The notes beneath the pieces are model-generated. The model ran no database searches. It saw only the letters and a list, made by a program, of their open reading frames with translations, and was not told where the DNA came from. Of a stretch of 64,000 nucleotides of DNA, positions 36,687-50,267 are shown one piece after another (position 1 is the first letter of the stretch; the number at the start of each line of letters is the position of its first letter). The DNA is taken from contig CM059432.1 of NCBI GenBank assembly GCA_030390025.1, positions 21,330,001-21,394,000 of the forward strand. The letters run 5' to 3'. This DNA comes from Squalus acanthias (Eukaryota). Both the position numbers and the translations under genes were made by a program.

Positions 36687-37847
36687 CTAGAAGCGGCTTG
36701 CTATTAGTCGTTGACGGACGGCCCTTGCAGTTTGACCATTGTGGGCCGCCCTCCTGCCTTGGTGCTGCTGCTGATCATCGTCCTCGTCCTGTTCCTCCTC
36801 TTCCTCCTCCTCCTCTTGTGGTGCTGCAAGGCCTGGTGGCATTGGCTGCGTCCTGAGGATTGCCATGTTGTGCAACATGCAGCACACGACTACGAAGTTC
36901 GAAACTTGCTCAGGCGAGTACTGCAGGGCTCCTCCGGAATGGTCCAGACAGCGGAATCGTTGTTTCAGCACGCCGATTGTGCGCTCAATAATGTTCCTGG
37001 TTGCTTGATGGCTTTCCTGGTACCGCAGCTCAGCAGGGGTGTTTGGCGCACGGAGCGGTGTCATCAGCCAGGTGCTCAATGCGTACCCCTTGTCCCCCAG
37101 AAGACAACCAACTGGCTGATGCGGTGCCTCGAAAATTTCTGCCACAGTACTCTGGCGCAGGATGAAAGCATCGTGGCAGCTGCCCGGATAGTGGGCATTG
37201 ACAGCGAGAATCACCTGTCTGTGGTCACAGACCAACTGCACATTCAAGGAATGGAACCCCTTTCTGTTCCGGAACTCCTCTGCATTCTCTCGCGGAGCAC
37301 GCAAAGCCACATGCGTGCAGTCAATGGTGCCCTGCACCATGGGGAAGCCCGCTACCCTCGCAAAGCCCATAGCACGGTCATGCTGCTTGTCTGGGGTCAT
37401 AGGGAAAGAGATGAAGTCTCGTCTCCTTCTGAAGAAGGCATTGGTGACCTGCCGGATGCAGCGATGCACCGCAAACTGGGAGATATTGGCGAGGTCCCCA
37501 ACAGCAGCTTGGAATGAGCCAGTGGCGTAGAAGTTCAAAGCCACTGTGACCTTCACTGCCACCGACAGAGACGTCCTGGACCTCAGCTGAGGCTGCAGAT
37601 CTGGCTGCAGCAGGTGGCAGAGCTCAGTGACCACCTCCTTGCTGAATCGCAGCCTTCGCAAACACAGCTCCTCGGACATATGGATGTAGGAGAGCTGTTC
37701 ACGATATACCCTGGGAGGGTAAGCTCTCCTGTACATGCGCCTGATGGCCCTCCTCCGTCTGGCCATCATTGCCACTCTCTGTCTGCGTCTCACTATCCTC
37801 CGATTGAGCTGGAGCAGGACGACGCCCCCAATCATTGCAGCCCCCAT
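36687..37847 (-). CDS. Harbinger DDE transposase (HARBI1 family), intact, 386 aa
   Basis: IDCTH, NRKGFHSLNVQ, PGSCHD, LGDKGY, IERTIG.LKQRF, CCMLHN; no stops. Confidence 0.95.
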   Translation of the reverse strand: MGAAMIGGVVLLQLNRRIVRRRQRVAMMARRRRAIRRMYRRAYPPRVYREQLSYIHMSEELCLRRLRFSKEVVTELCHLLQPDLQPQLRSRTSLSVAVKVTVALNFYATGSFQAAVGDLANISQFAVHRCIRQVTNAFFRRRRDFISFPMTPDKQHDRAMGFARVAGFPMVQGTIDCTHVALRAPRENAEEFRNRKGFHSLNVQLVCDHRQVILAVNAHYPGSCHDAFILRQSTVAEIFEAPHQPVGCLLGDKGYALSTWLMTPLRAPNTPAELRYQESHQATRNIIERTIGVLKQRFRCLDHSGGALQYSPEQVSNFVVVCCMLHNMAILRTQPMPPGLAAPQEEEEEEEEQDEDDDQQQHQGRRAAHNGQTARAVRQRLIASRF

Positions 37848-40800
37848 ATTCTCTTTGCCAGAAAAGTAATGAGGTACAGCAACTAAAGTAGCAGCAAAGT
37901 TAGGATGAACTAGGCCAAACTACCTCACAAAGCGTTGAGTCAATGTAGAAGTCTCTCTCTCTCTCTCTCTCTCCGAATCTCTCTCTCTCTCTCAGAACGA
38001 GTGGTGCATAAATGTCGACCACAGAAAAAGACAGGAAGAGGCCCTCTTTAAATAGCGCCCCCCCCAGCCCCACACCGATTGATAACGTTCCAGTCTTCCG
38101 GTCGTTGGAAGCGCCAGGCGGTAAGGCAGGGGGCGCCACTCAATTTCCGCTCCGGGGCGCCCCAAGGGCGTTGCACCATGGAATGACGTCACAATCTGCG
38201 CGCGCAGGTGGTCGCAGCGGTAAGTTTTAGCGCCGCCGCACAATCTCAAGTTAAGTTCTCGAGCGGCGCAAACAGCGCTGCGCCCGGGCCTTAGCGGCTT
38301 AACGCCCCATTAGCGCCCTCTTAAGGCGCTAACGGGAGGCGCAACCAACTGAATTTTTCCCCCTTAATATTCAAGGGTACAAGGTGTTCAGAAAAGATAG
38401 GGAAGGAAAAAAGGGAGGTGGGGTGGCAGTGCTGATTAAGGAAGACATTGTAGTGTTGGAAAGGGAGGATGTTCTTGAGGGGACAAGGACAGAATCCATT
38501 TGGTTAGAGTTGAGGACCAAAAAGAGTATGATCATGCTATTGGGGGTATTCTACAGGCCTCCAAATAGTGAGAGGGAGGTAGAAGAGCAAATCTGCAGGG
38601 AAATCGCAGAGACATGCAAGAGCTTTAGAGTGGTGATATTGGGGACTTTAATTACCCAAATATCGATTGGGATAATGCTAGGGTAAAGGGAAAGGAGGAG
38701 GAGGAATTTCTGAAATGTGTTAAGGAGAATTTCCTTGACCAGTATGTTCTTGGCCCAACTAGGAAGGAGGCATTGCTGGATCTGGTGCTGGGGAATGAGG
38801 TGGGCCAGGTCGACCAAGTGTCTGTGGGAGAACACTTGGGTACGAGTGATCATCGTATCATAAGATTTAGATTAGCAATGGAGAGGAGCAAGGAACAATC
38901 TAGAGTGGAACTTCTAAACTGGGATAGGGCTAATTTCAATGGGATGCAAAAGGATCCAGCCAGGGTAAAATAGAACCAAAGACTGACAGGAAAAACTGTA
39001 ACGGAACAATGGGTGATCTTTAAGGAGGAGATGTTCCAAGTACAGGCTAGGTACATTCCAACAAGAGGGAAGGGTAAGGGAACCAAAGCAAGGGCTCCTT
39101 GGATGACGAGGGAGATAGAGAAGATGATGAAACAAAAAAAGAGGGTGTATGATGCATGTCAGGTGAATTCTTCAAGGGAGAACCAGATCAAATACATTAA
39201 GTTGAGAGGGGAAGTGAAGATGAAAATAAGATTGGCAAAGAGAGAATATGAGAGTAGAATGGCGGTTAACATAAAAGGGAACCCAAAAATCTTCTACCGG
39301 CATGTAAACATTAAGCGGGTCATAAGAGGCGGGGTAGGGCCTATTAGGGACAAAGAAGGTGATATATGCTTAGAGGTGCAGGACAAGGCTAGAATACTCA
39401 ATGAGTACTTTGTATTGGTGTTTACTAAGGAGGTGGATGCTGACAAAATGTCAGTAGAAGTGGAAAAGGTAGAAGCAATGGAATGGGTGAAAATTGATAG
39501 ACAGGTTGTACTAGAAAGGCTGGGTATGCTTAGAGTAGATAAGTCGCCTGGTCCAGATGGCTTGCATCCCAGGTTGCTAAGGGAATTGGGGGAGGAGATA
39601 GCAGAAGGGCTTGCCATAATTTTCCAATCTTCCCTAGATGCGAGGGAGGTGCCTGAGGATTGGAAATTGGCAAATGTGACACCATTGTTCAAGAAATGGT
39701 GTAAGGACAATCCTAGTAACTACAGGCCAGTCAGTTTAACATTGGTGGTGGGTAAAGTTTTAGAAACAATAATCAAGGAAATAATTAACAGGCACTTGGA
39801 GAGGTTTAAGCTAATTAAGGAGAGCCAACACGGATTTGTAAAAGGCAGATCATGTTTGACTAATCTAATTGAATTTTTTGATGAAGTAACAGGGATGATC
39901 GATGAAGGGAATGCAATGGATGTTGTCTACATGGATTTTAGGAAGGCGTTTGACAAAGTACCACATAGAAGGCTGGTTATCAAAATTGAGGCTCATGGAA
40001 TAGGTGGGTCAGTGGCAGCTTGGATAAGGAATTGGCTTAAGGACAGAAAACAGCGAGTTGTGGTAAATGACTGCTTTTCAGTCTAGAGGATGGTAGACAA
40101 TGGTGTTCCCCAAGGGTCAGTGCTGGGACCACTGCTTTTTTTGATATATATAAATGACCTGGATATTGGAATACAGTGTAGAATTTCTAAATTTGCCGAT
40201 GACACCAAACTTGGGGGTGTGGCAAACAGTGAGGATGATACCAATTGACTGCAACAGGACATAGAAAGGCTAGCAGAATGGGCAGACAAGTGGCAGATGG
40301 AATTTAATACTGAGAAGTGTGAGGTGATGCATTTTGGCAGAAGGAACAGGGAGAGGCAATATACACTTACTGGCACAACTTTAAAGAGTGTGCAGGGACA
40401 GAGGGACCTGGGAGATAATGTGCACAGGTCCCTGAAGGTGGTGGGACATATTGAGAGAGTGGTTAGCAAAGCATATGGGATCTTGGGCTTCATAAATAGA
40501 GGTATTGAGTACAAAAGTAGAGAAGTTATGCTGAACCTTTATAAAGCACTGGTTAGGCCACAACTGGAGTATTGCATCCAGTTCTGGTCACCACACTTTA
40601 GGAAGGATGTGAAGGCACTTGAGAGGGTGCAGAGGAGATTTACCAGAATGGTTCCAGGGATGGGGAATCTTAGCTACAAGGACAGGTTGGAGAAGCTGGA
40701 TTTGTTTTCATTCGAGCAAAGGAGGTTGAGGGGTGATTTGATAGAGGTGTACAAGATTATGATGGGTTTGGATAGGCTAGACGGGGAAAGACTGTTCCCA

Positions 40801-40948
40801 CTAGTTGATGGTAAAAGGACTAGGGGACACAGATTTAAGGTTTTGGGCAAGAGATACAGGAGGGATGTGAGGAAAAGCTTTTTTATGCAGCGAGTGGTGA
40901 GGACCTGGAACTCGCTGCCGACGGAAGTGGTGGAAGCAGAGACACTCA

Positions 40949-41705
40949 GGGCTGGATTTTGTCTTGGGGTCGGGTTGGGGTCGTGTTACCCGCATTTCGT
41001 GTTGCCCCCCCGACTCCAGATTAATGTGGATGAAGGATGCAATTTTCACTTAATTGGGCAATTGAGTTCCAGCATGTGGGAACCCATGAACCAATTAGTG
41101 GTTTCAGTCTGAAAGTCGCCTATGATGATGTCATCATTGCAGGTCAGAGACTGACTGACTGGTCTCAGAGAGTGCCTGGCCTTTGCTGTGAGAGGACCTG
41201 GATGCAAAATGCTCATGAGAGAGAGAGAGAGAATCTTTTTTGCAACCAAGTCCTCCCAGGCAGTCTCTGAAGACATTCAATGCAGCAGCATCAGAGGTGA
41301 CTTTCAGACCTAATACTACTACTACCTTCATCACAATACTACTAATACCTTCATCACATCTCCGTTGTAATAGTGGACCTGCAGCTGATAGTCAGCTATC
41401 CACTTGTGCTCCCGCCAGGTTTCACTGGCGTGTTTCACATCAGGCGTGCTTCACGTCAGAAAAGGGTTAAACTAGCTAAAACGTTTCAAAATGGCATTAC
41501 AGAGTCAATTTAGGGCTTGTTAAGGGCTTTAATGGCCTCTCCCGCCTCATGGAGGCGGGACGGAGTCGGGAACCCCACGACCGATTTTGTCAAAATTGCA
41601 TGGAGGCGGAATGGAGTCGGGATGGGGTCGGCACCCCCGAATCTGCAACTTTAACCCCCCACATGCCTCCAAACCCGACGGCACTGGTAATTGAAAATCC
41701 AGCCC
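40949..41705. mobile_element. Non-autonomous Harbinger-type element (MITE)
   Basis: Perfect TIR GGGCTGGATTTT / AAAATCCAGCCC; interrupts the CR1 3' end; TSD not resolved. Confidence 0.85.
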
Positions 41706-42142
41706 TGTCAATGTTTTCACGGGGAGACTGGATAGGTACTTGAGGGAAATAAACTTGCAGAGCTATGGGGATAGAGCGGGGGAATGGGACTGACTGGATT
41801 GCTCTACAGAGAGCCGGCATGGACTCGATGGGCCAAATGGCCTCCTTCTGTGCCGTTATGACTGTATGATTACAACCAGGCAGAAGTGGGATGAAAATTG
41901 CAGAATTAAAAAAAAACGGTGACTAACAGCAGATCTGCCTGTTCTGATTTTCAGGCAATCCTAATTAGGGGCCTAATTAAAATATTAAACTAAGTGTCAG
42001 ATGATGCAGTTAAGACCCCAACGTGATATTCAGCGCTGCTACCGCTGCCACCGTGGTACAGGACGGGAGGCGGCCATTTCCGATGCTTCTTAAAGGAGAT
42101 ACTCACCTCCTCCTATTTAAAGCACTGCAAAGGCTCAGGAGA

Positions 42143-44465
42143 CAAAGAGAGGGGGCAGTACTTGACCTAATTCCAGGGAATGTAGCCGGGCAAGTGGTAG
42201 AAGTGTCAGTAGGAGAGCATTTTGGTGACAGCGACCATAATTCGGTGAGATTTAAGGTAGTCATGGAAAAGGACAAAGATGGACCGGAAATAAAGGTTCT
42301 AAATTGGGGGAAGGCTGATTTTAATATGATAAGGCAGGATCTAGCCAAAGTGGACTGGGATCAGCTACTTGCAGGAAAATCCACATCAGAGCAGTGGGAG
42401 TCTTTCAGAAAGGAAATAGAGAGAGTACAATGCCAACATGTTCCCGTAAAGGTCAAGGGTGGGACCAGCAAGCCCAGGGAACCCTGGATGTCAAGGGATA
42501 TACAAGAATGGATTAGGAAAAAAGGGAGGCTTTTGGCAGATACAAAGGACTAAAAACAGTGGAAGCCCTAGAGGAGTATAGAAAGTGCAGGGGGGTACTT
42601 AGAAAAGAAATTAGGAGAGCGAAGAGGGGGGCATGAAAAAACACTGGCGGGCAAAATAAAGAAAAATCCCAAGGTGTTTTATAAGTATATTAAGGGCAAG
42701 AGGATAACCAGGGAAAGAGTAGGGCCCATTAGGGACCAAGGTGGCAATCTGTGTGTAGAGCCAGAAGATGTAGGGTGAGGTTTTAAATGAATATTTTGCA
42801 TCTGTGTTCACTATGGAGAAGGACGATGTAGGCATAGAAATCAGGCAGGGGGATTGTGATATACTTGAACAAATTAGTATTGAGAGGGAGGAGGTACTAG
42901 CGATTTTAGCAGGCTTAAAAGTGGATAAATCCCCAGGCCCAGATGAGATGTATCCCAGGCTGCTGTGTGAGGCAAGGGAGGAGATTGCAGGGGCTCTGAC
43001 ACAAATTTTCAGAACCTCTCTGGCCACAGGGGAGGTGCCAGAGAACTGGAAGACAGCTAATGTAGTACCATTATTCAAGAAGGGTAGTAGGGATAAACCA
43101 GGGAATTATAGAACAGTTAGCCTAACATCAGTGGTAGGGAAATTATTGGTAAAAATTCTGAGGGACAGAATTAGTCTCCACTTGGAGAGGCAAGGATTAA
43201 TCAAGGATAGTCAGCATGGCTTTGTCAGGGGGAGATCATGTCTAACCAATTTGATTGAATTTTTTGAGGGGGTGGCTCGGTGTGTTGATGAGGGTAGTGC
43301 AGTTGATGTAGTCTACATGGACTTCAGTAAGGCTTTTGACAAAGTCCCGCATGGGAGACTGGTCAAGAAGGTAAGAGCCCATGGGATCCAGGGCAATTTG
43401 GCACATTGGACCCAAAATTGGCTTAGTGACAGGAGGCAGAGGGTGATGATCGAAGGTTGTTTTTGTGACTGGAAGCCTGTGTCCAGTGGTGTACCGCAGG
43501 GATCGGTGCTGGGTCCTTTGCTGTTTGTAGTGTACATTAATGATTTAGATATGAATATAGGAGGTATGATCAGTAACTTTGCAGATGACACGAAAATTGG
43601 TGGAGTGGTAAATAGCGAGGAGGGAAGCCTCAGGCTACAGGACGATATAGACGAGTTGGTCAGATGGGCAGAACAGTGGCAAATGGAATTTAACCCTGAA
43701 AAGTGTGAGGTGATGCATTTTGGGAGGACTAACAAGGCAAGGGAATACACAATGAATGGTAAGACCCTAGGAGGGACCTTGGTGTGCATGTACATAGATC
43801 CCTGAAGGCAGCAGGACAGGTAGATAAGGTGGTTAAAAAGGCATATGGGATACTTGCCTTCATTAGCCGAGGCATAGAATATAAGAGCAGGGAGGTTATG
43901 ATGGAGCTGTACAAAATGCTGGAATACTGTGTGCAGTTCTGGTCGCCACACTATAGGAAGGATGTGATTGCATTGGAGAGGGTGCAGAGGAGATTCACCA
44001 GGATGTTACCTGGGCTGGAGCGCTTCAGCTATGAAGAGAGACTGGACAGGCTGGGGTTGTTTTCCTTAGAGCAGAGAAGGCTGAGGGGGGACCTGATTGA
44101 GGTGTACAAAATTATGAGGGGCATAGATAGGGTAGATAGAAAGGAACTTTTCCCCTTAGTAGAGGGGTCAATAACCAGGGGGCATAGTTTCAAGGTAAGG
44201 GGCAGGAGGTTTAGAGGGGATTTGAGGAAAAACTTTTTCACCCAGAGGGTGGTTGGAATCTGGAACTCACTGCCTGAAAGGGTGGTAGAGGCAGGAACCC
44301 TCACAACATTCAAGAAGCATTTAGATGAGCACTTGAAATGCCATAGCATACAAGGCTACGGACCAAGTGCTGGAAAATGGGATTAGAATAGCTAGGGCTT
44401 GATGGCCGGCGCGGACACGATGGGCCGAAGGGCCTCTTTCTGTGCTGTATCACTCTGACTCTTTG
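42143..44465 (+). mobile_element. 5'-truncated CR1 LINE ORF2 pseudogene
   Basis: [41 protein letters not shown]; frameshifts. Confidence 0.95.
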
Positions 44466-44489
44466 ACAAACTGGACATCCTTTTAGCAA

Positions 44490-45430
44490 TTCCATTCTGG
44501 CTGGAGGAAGTGGAGCAGAAGCAACAGGTGGAAGGTGCACTGGAGTCCAACTAGAAGGAGATGTGTTCGCAGGAATCCTTCATCTCGCAACAAAGTGTAC
44601 AGGCCCAGTATAACACATCTGCACTTATCTGAGGAGCAGTGCTTTAAGGAGGCTTCTGTGCTCCAGGGAAACTCTCACAGAGTTGTGTTGTCTCCTACAA
44701 CAAGACCTGCAGCCTACTGCCACAGCTGGCACTTGTTGCAGTCAAAGTCACTACAGCCCTGAACATCTTTGCCTTTGGCTCCTTCCAAGCTGCAACATAG
44801 GGAAGCCATCAACAACAGTCAGTTGTAGTTCATGCATGTCTTTTGCAGGCTACTGATGCCATGCTTCTTCACTTTCCTCCATGGACAACATGAAAACAGC
44901 AGGATGGGGCCCTGAGGTTTGCACGCATTGAGGCGTCCCCTAAGTCCAGGGCCTCATTGGCTGCAACCACTTTGCCCTGAGGGCTCCTTCAGACAAGCCC
45001 ACGACTTTCCTGAGTTGCAACTGGTTTGTCGTCACGAGCTGTGCATCATGCAGGTCTGTGCCCACTTTTCTGACGGCTGCCATGATGCATTTATGTTGTG
45101 CCAGTCCTCCATCCCCACTCCCTCCACACTTTTTTCCCTCTGCACAGCAAAGGAGAGGATGGCTGCTTGGCACAAGGGCTAACTCCTGTACACTTAGCTC
45201 AGGATTCCTCTGGGGAGCTCACACTTGGTGGCCAAACTGAGCTACAGTCAGATCCATGGTTCAACTAGACTCTTGATTGAGCAGACCACTGGTGTCCTCA
45301 AGCAACGACTCCACAGCCTGGACAGGTCTGCTGGCTTCCTCCAATACGTCCCAGAAAGAGCATTCCACATGATGGTGGTTTGCTGTATGCTGCGTAGCAT
45401 TGACATCACCCTGCGAGAGAAGCCATCCTG
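44490..45430 (+). pseudogene. Highly decayed Harbinger transposase
   Basis: Fragments QLVCRH, GCHDAFML, IEQTTGVLKQR, VVCCML. Confidence 0.75.
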
Positions 45431-46504
45431 ATAACTCGAACAGCTGCCAACCAGATTTTGGGCTGTACCATCACCACATGGTTACTGATCAGCTTGCCCA
45501 AATGAGGGAAGAGATGGAGTTCAGTCACAAAATAGAGGCAAAGGATTTACACCTATTTTTCCTGTGTATAGTGTCTATTTTGTAGGCATGATTTGTGTGC
45601 TAAACAAAGGAAAATCAACTCTTAAATTTTCTTTACTGGACGGTGGCTATTCCCAGTTGCAGGCAATACTTTTGGGAGGGGAAAACTGGCAGAAGAAAAA
45701 GGGAAAAATAGAAGACAAAATGAATCAGGAAGTAGGGATTATGCAATCACATCGTAGGAAGGGTAGACTAAGGGAGGTAAGCAATCCCTTATTTTTTAGA
45801 TCCTGGGAAAGCATGAGTTGAAATCTGAATTGACATTTAACTCACCAATGCTTTGATGAACTTACTGCCATTGTACTAACCCAGCCCATGCAAATATATG
45901 CTTACTCAGAAGGAGACTGCTGAGCCAAGACTTCAAAGTGCAGCAGCCTAAAGCTAAATATGAGTGAGTGCTATCTGTAATTCATGCAATTATCAATGAG
46001 TTTGTTTGATAAGGTTAAACTTCAGGCACTGTTAGGAACTATTTAGAGGCACATGCCTTCTGGCTTTGTGTGTGTGTGTGTGTGTGTGTGTGGAATCATG
46101 CTCTGTTTGATGGCTTGCAATAAATGATATCCTTCTTTTAACTGCTTAACAAGCTTATTGCATTTGTTACCATGCAGCCAATATTGTTTGAAATGTAATA
46201 GAATTGAGGCTCCCTGTATTACTTCTGTGCTAATATTACGATTATTCATTTGGATCAGCATCAAGTTTTATTAAAGCATAGAACTGACTTCATGGAATGC
46301 AACTTATATGGCTATTTTATTCTGAAATATTTAATCGAAATCTATGGAATTTGCTTGAATACAGGTCACCTCAACACATAACCCCTACACCAACTTGATT
46401 CCTGTCCTCGGGGGTTGGGGAGCGGGGAAATCATAACTACCATTGAGACTGCATGTCTAATTCAAATCAATTACAGACTTTCATTTATTGTTAAGTAAGT
46501 ACTA

Positions 46505-47105
46505 AGAACATAAAAACATAAGAAATAGGAGCAGGAGTAGGCCATTTGGCCCTTTGAGCCTGCTCCGCCATTCAATAAGATCATGGCTGATCTTCTACCT
46601 CATCTCCACTTTCCTGAACTATCCCCATATCCCTTGGTTCCCTTAATATTCAAAAATTTATCGATCTCTGTCTTGAATATACACAACGACTGAGCCTCCA
46701 CAACCCTCTGGGGTAGAGAATTCCAAAGATTCACCACCCTCTGAGTGAAGACATTTTTCCTCATCTCAGTCCTAAATGGCCGACCCCTTATTCTGAGACT
46801 GTGACCCCTGGTTCTAGACTCACCAGACAGGGGAAACATCCTCCCTGCATCTACCCTGTCAAGCCCTGTAAGAATTTTGTATGTTTCAATGCGATCACCT
46901 CTCATTCTTCTAAACTCGAGAGAATATAGGCCTAGTCTACTCAATCTGTCCTCATAGGACAATCCCCCCATCCCAGGAACTAGTCTGGTGAACCTTTGTT
47001 GCACTCCCTCTATGGCAAGTATATCCTTCCTTAGGTAAGGAGACCAAAACTGTACACAATACTCCAGGTGTGATCTCACCAGGGCCCTATATAATTGCAG
47101 TAAGA
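46505..47105 (-). mobile_element. CR1 LINE 3' fragment
   Basis: LYRALVRSHLEYC...FTQRVVNLWNSLP; aacataag tail. Confidence 0.93.
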
Positions 47106-47410
47106 CTATACTGTATTGTGCCAACTTGTAAGTACAGTATATACAAACCCTTAATTTTTAATTTTGGTATGTATTAAAATGCTTTGCCAGGTCAAAAGGT
47201 TTTTTGAAGTGAAATAAAGTTGGTGAATGTAACAGACTGTCTTTCACTGATAAGTGGACATGGAATGTGCTTTGATGTGCTTTACTAAAAGGCAGCAAAC
47301 ATTTGGTGAGCAAATGTGCTTTCAAAAGAAACTGTTGAATTGGAGAGCTGCTTTGTGATGGAGATATTTCAAGAGCTGTGTTTCAGATAAGCAGATACTG
47401 ACAGAACAAA

Positions 47411-48159
47411 TGGTTGTGACTGCAGGGGGTAGTCATAGACAATAGAGATAAACAAACCCCCTTAGATTTGCAGAATTCGTGTCTACAACGAACAGGCCAC
47501 AGGGTTGTGGGACGACTTTTGGTGGCTAAAAGGGAGGAGTCAAACCATGGGAGTTCTGAAATACAGGACGCAACGTAACATGTGAAATGTGACCAAGTGG
47601 TTTACTGCCACTCCTGTAAACTTTTATGAGTGAATGAACAATTTGGGCTTTGATAAAGGCAGCTAATGGGTAACCACACAGGATGTGAGGGTTTGACAGC
47701 TCAAACAACTCAAGTCGAACATTAACGGAACACCTCTCAATCTCTGAATGATTGATTTACTGAGAAAGGCAAGGAAAACTGTATAAAAGACAGTGACTAA
47801 AAATATCAGTACTGCAGTCGACAGGTGAAGAGCTACTGCAGTTGGACGGAAGGGATTGGCTGATCATCTCATCTCGAAGAGCTGCTGCAGTCGAAAGGAA
47901 GTGACATGCAATCAACGCTGGACCGATCATCGGCGGGTGGTTGTATGTATGATTTCCTGTAATATTATTGGTGAACTGCTCGAATAGTGGTTGGGGTTTT
48001 GAATCTGTCTTCGGAACAATAAAAGGTTAAAGACAGAACCCGTGTGTCTGGTGTAATTTCTCATCAGTCTCAAGTCCGAACTCTATAACCTGTTGGTCGG
48101 GGTGAGGGGTAATTCCGCATGTCCTACAAACTTTCTGATGAGACATTAAACCGTAACCA
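47411..48159 (+). repeat. Possible solo LTR
   Basis: TGGTT...AACCA termini, TATAAAA at ~47782, AATAAA at ~48018; no matching TSD. Confidence 0.4.
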
Positions 48160-48194
48160 TTGCACCATTTGAAGAAGAGAAGGGGATTCTCCTG

Positions 48195-48715
48195 GTAAAG
48201 ATTGTGAAGGGGTTGGATCGGGTGGATGCGGGGAGGATGTTCCCGATGACGGGTGAGACTAGAACTAGGGGACATAGTCTTAGAATAAGGGGCTGCTCTT
48301 TCAAAACTGAGATGAGGAGGAACTACTTCACTCAGAGGGTGGTAGGTCCATGGAATATGCTGCCACAAAAAGCTGTAGAAGCTACATCATTAAATAAATT
48401 TAAAACAGAAATAGACAGTTTCCTAGAAGTAAAGGGCATTAAGGGTTACGGGGAGCGGGCAGGAATTTGGACATGAGTCTAGGTTCGGATCGGTCATGGC
48501 CCTGTGGGTAGTGGAGCGGGCCCAGGGACCGTGTAGCCTGATTCTGCTCCTATTTCGTGTGTGCAATTCTGTTAGATGCAGGAGATGGTTCTGTGATAGA
48601 TAGTAGATTGGCGGTTAGGATCAGATCAGCCATGATCTTATTGAATGGCGGAGCAGGCTCGAGGGGCCGATTGGCCTACTCCTGCTCCTATTTCTTATGT
48701 TCTTATGTTCTTATG
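48195..48715 (+). mobile_element. CR1 LINE 3' fragment
   Basis: TRGHSLRI, FTQRVV; (TTCTTATG)n tail. Confidence 0.9.
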
Positions 48716-50016
48716 TTATCCTGACCAACATCCTTCCCCCAACCAACTCCACCAAAAACAGATTTTCCAGCCATTCAATCATTTGCCATTTGTTCCGCTG
48801 TGCACAAAGTTACTGTTGTGTTTGCTTACATGACAACAGCGATTACTACAAAAGGAATACATTGGCTGTGAATTACTTTAGGACATTCTGAGGATGCAAT
48901 GAGGCATAGGAGCATAGGAACAGGAGTAGGCCATTTAGCCCCTCGAGCTTATACTGTCATTCAAAGAGACCATGGCTGATCTGTGACCTAACTTCATATA
49001 CCCACGCACAAGTCCATTTATTTGTGTTAAAAAAGCACGGCCTATATTCAATGAAGTATGGTAAATTGCATGATACATGCAAAGGATGCAAAATGAGTAA
49101 ACATAGATTACAGCATCCCACAAGTGGCCTGAACTAATGTTAATTTTAATCAGATCCACTTGCACAGTTTTGCATTGTGCATTGTGTTAATAGCACATAC
49201 TAAGTAGTCAAATTAAAAACAGTTTTTGTTGTGGGTCCACACCCACTAAAAACTGCATTGAGACTTTCTAAAATAATTTCACAAAGGATCCTCACAACCA
49301 AAAGTCAGAGAAGACCTTTATCCCATCAGTGTGAAGTGCATTTCCCCATAGGTCTCAGATATGAAAGGATAGTGTGCCAACTTGCTAGACAATGTGCTAG
49401 ACCCCAAAAAGTTGCCTTTTGGAACAAGGAATCACTACTGTAAGTCAAATTGAGACCAAGTTTTGTTTCAATTTGATGGCTGGTATCCAAGAAGAATATT
49501 GAAAGGGAGTTGGTGTAATGGAGTCATCAGCAGCATGTGTTCAGATACTAAACAAGTTTAACTGAGCTCTGTACGAATAGACTGGAAAGGTTTGGACAGC
49601 ATATAAAGCCTTAGGGGATATCAAAGTCAGTCATAAAATGGATACTGAAGGTAGCGCTGTAGCCCAGAAAGTGAAGAAAAACTCAGAGGGACCATATTAA
49701 AGAGAATGAGCAAGCAACTGGGCTATATGGTTGCCAGAGAGGTCCTCAAGAAAATGGCAGACACCCTAATAGATCAATACAGTGTAAAGAAGCATGTCAG
49801 ATAATAATTTCAATAATTTCATTATTAGTTGATGTCCAGCTTAAAAACGGAAGTCTAATTTTTTCATTTTTTCCAGTCTGTTCATTAATACTTTTTGTTT
49901 AGTGAGTGCTGATGACATCATGGGGGAAAACTAGGTTGGAAGAGATATTAGCCTTCGAATTACTTAATTAATGAGCCTTTATTCTAATGTTTGGATAATG
50001 ACATTTCAAAGTCATT

Positions 50017-50187
50017 GGGGTAAACATTCATCTTGGGCGATAGGGCAAAACGAGAGATAGCGAAGCAACAGCCAGTTTTACATTCCCCCCGATTTCCTTT
50101 TCCATTAACTTCAGTAGAAAGGAAAATAGGGCGGAGTTGAATTCATACTGCCGATTTGCGCGACCGTCCAAGACAAATTTCTACCCC
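50017..50187. mobile_element. 171-bp Harbinger-type MITE
   Basis: GGGGTAAACATT / AATTTCTACCCC termini, ATT duplicated on both flanks. Confidence 0.7.
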
Positions 50188-50267
50188 ATTGAGTCTGCCA
50201 GTGTAGAACCGAGTAAAGATAGACACAGTTAGAACAATATGATCACTGAAGCACCAGCAGTTAAGAG

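Larger units (their letters stand above)
34213..38363. mobile_element. Full-length autonomous PIF/Harbinger transposon (4151 bp)
   Basis: TIRs GGGGTAGAAATT / AATTTTTCCCCC; TTA TSD at 34210-34212 and 38364-38366; two convergent genes. Confidence 0.95.
34066..41870 (+). mobile_element. CR1 LINE ORF2 pseudogene interrupted by a Harbinger (34213-38363) and a MITE (40949-41705)
   Basis: YVNAQSVVNK...ITETWL...EDWAL|NIQGYKVFRKDR rejoins exactly across the insertion; RT motifs at 39013-40948. Confidence 0.95.

Noticed and set aside
36711..37517. 268-aa plus-strand ORF
   Set aside because: Antisense shadow of the GC-rich transposase; the same applies to many ORFs antisense to CR1
36687..37847. Domesticated host HARBI1 gene
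   Set aside because: Bounded by TIRs and a TSD, inserted in a CR1, with related copies in the window, so it is a transposon gene
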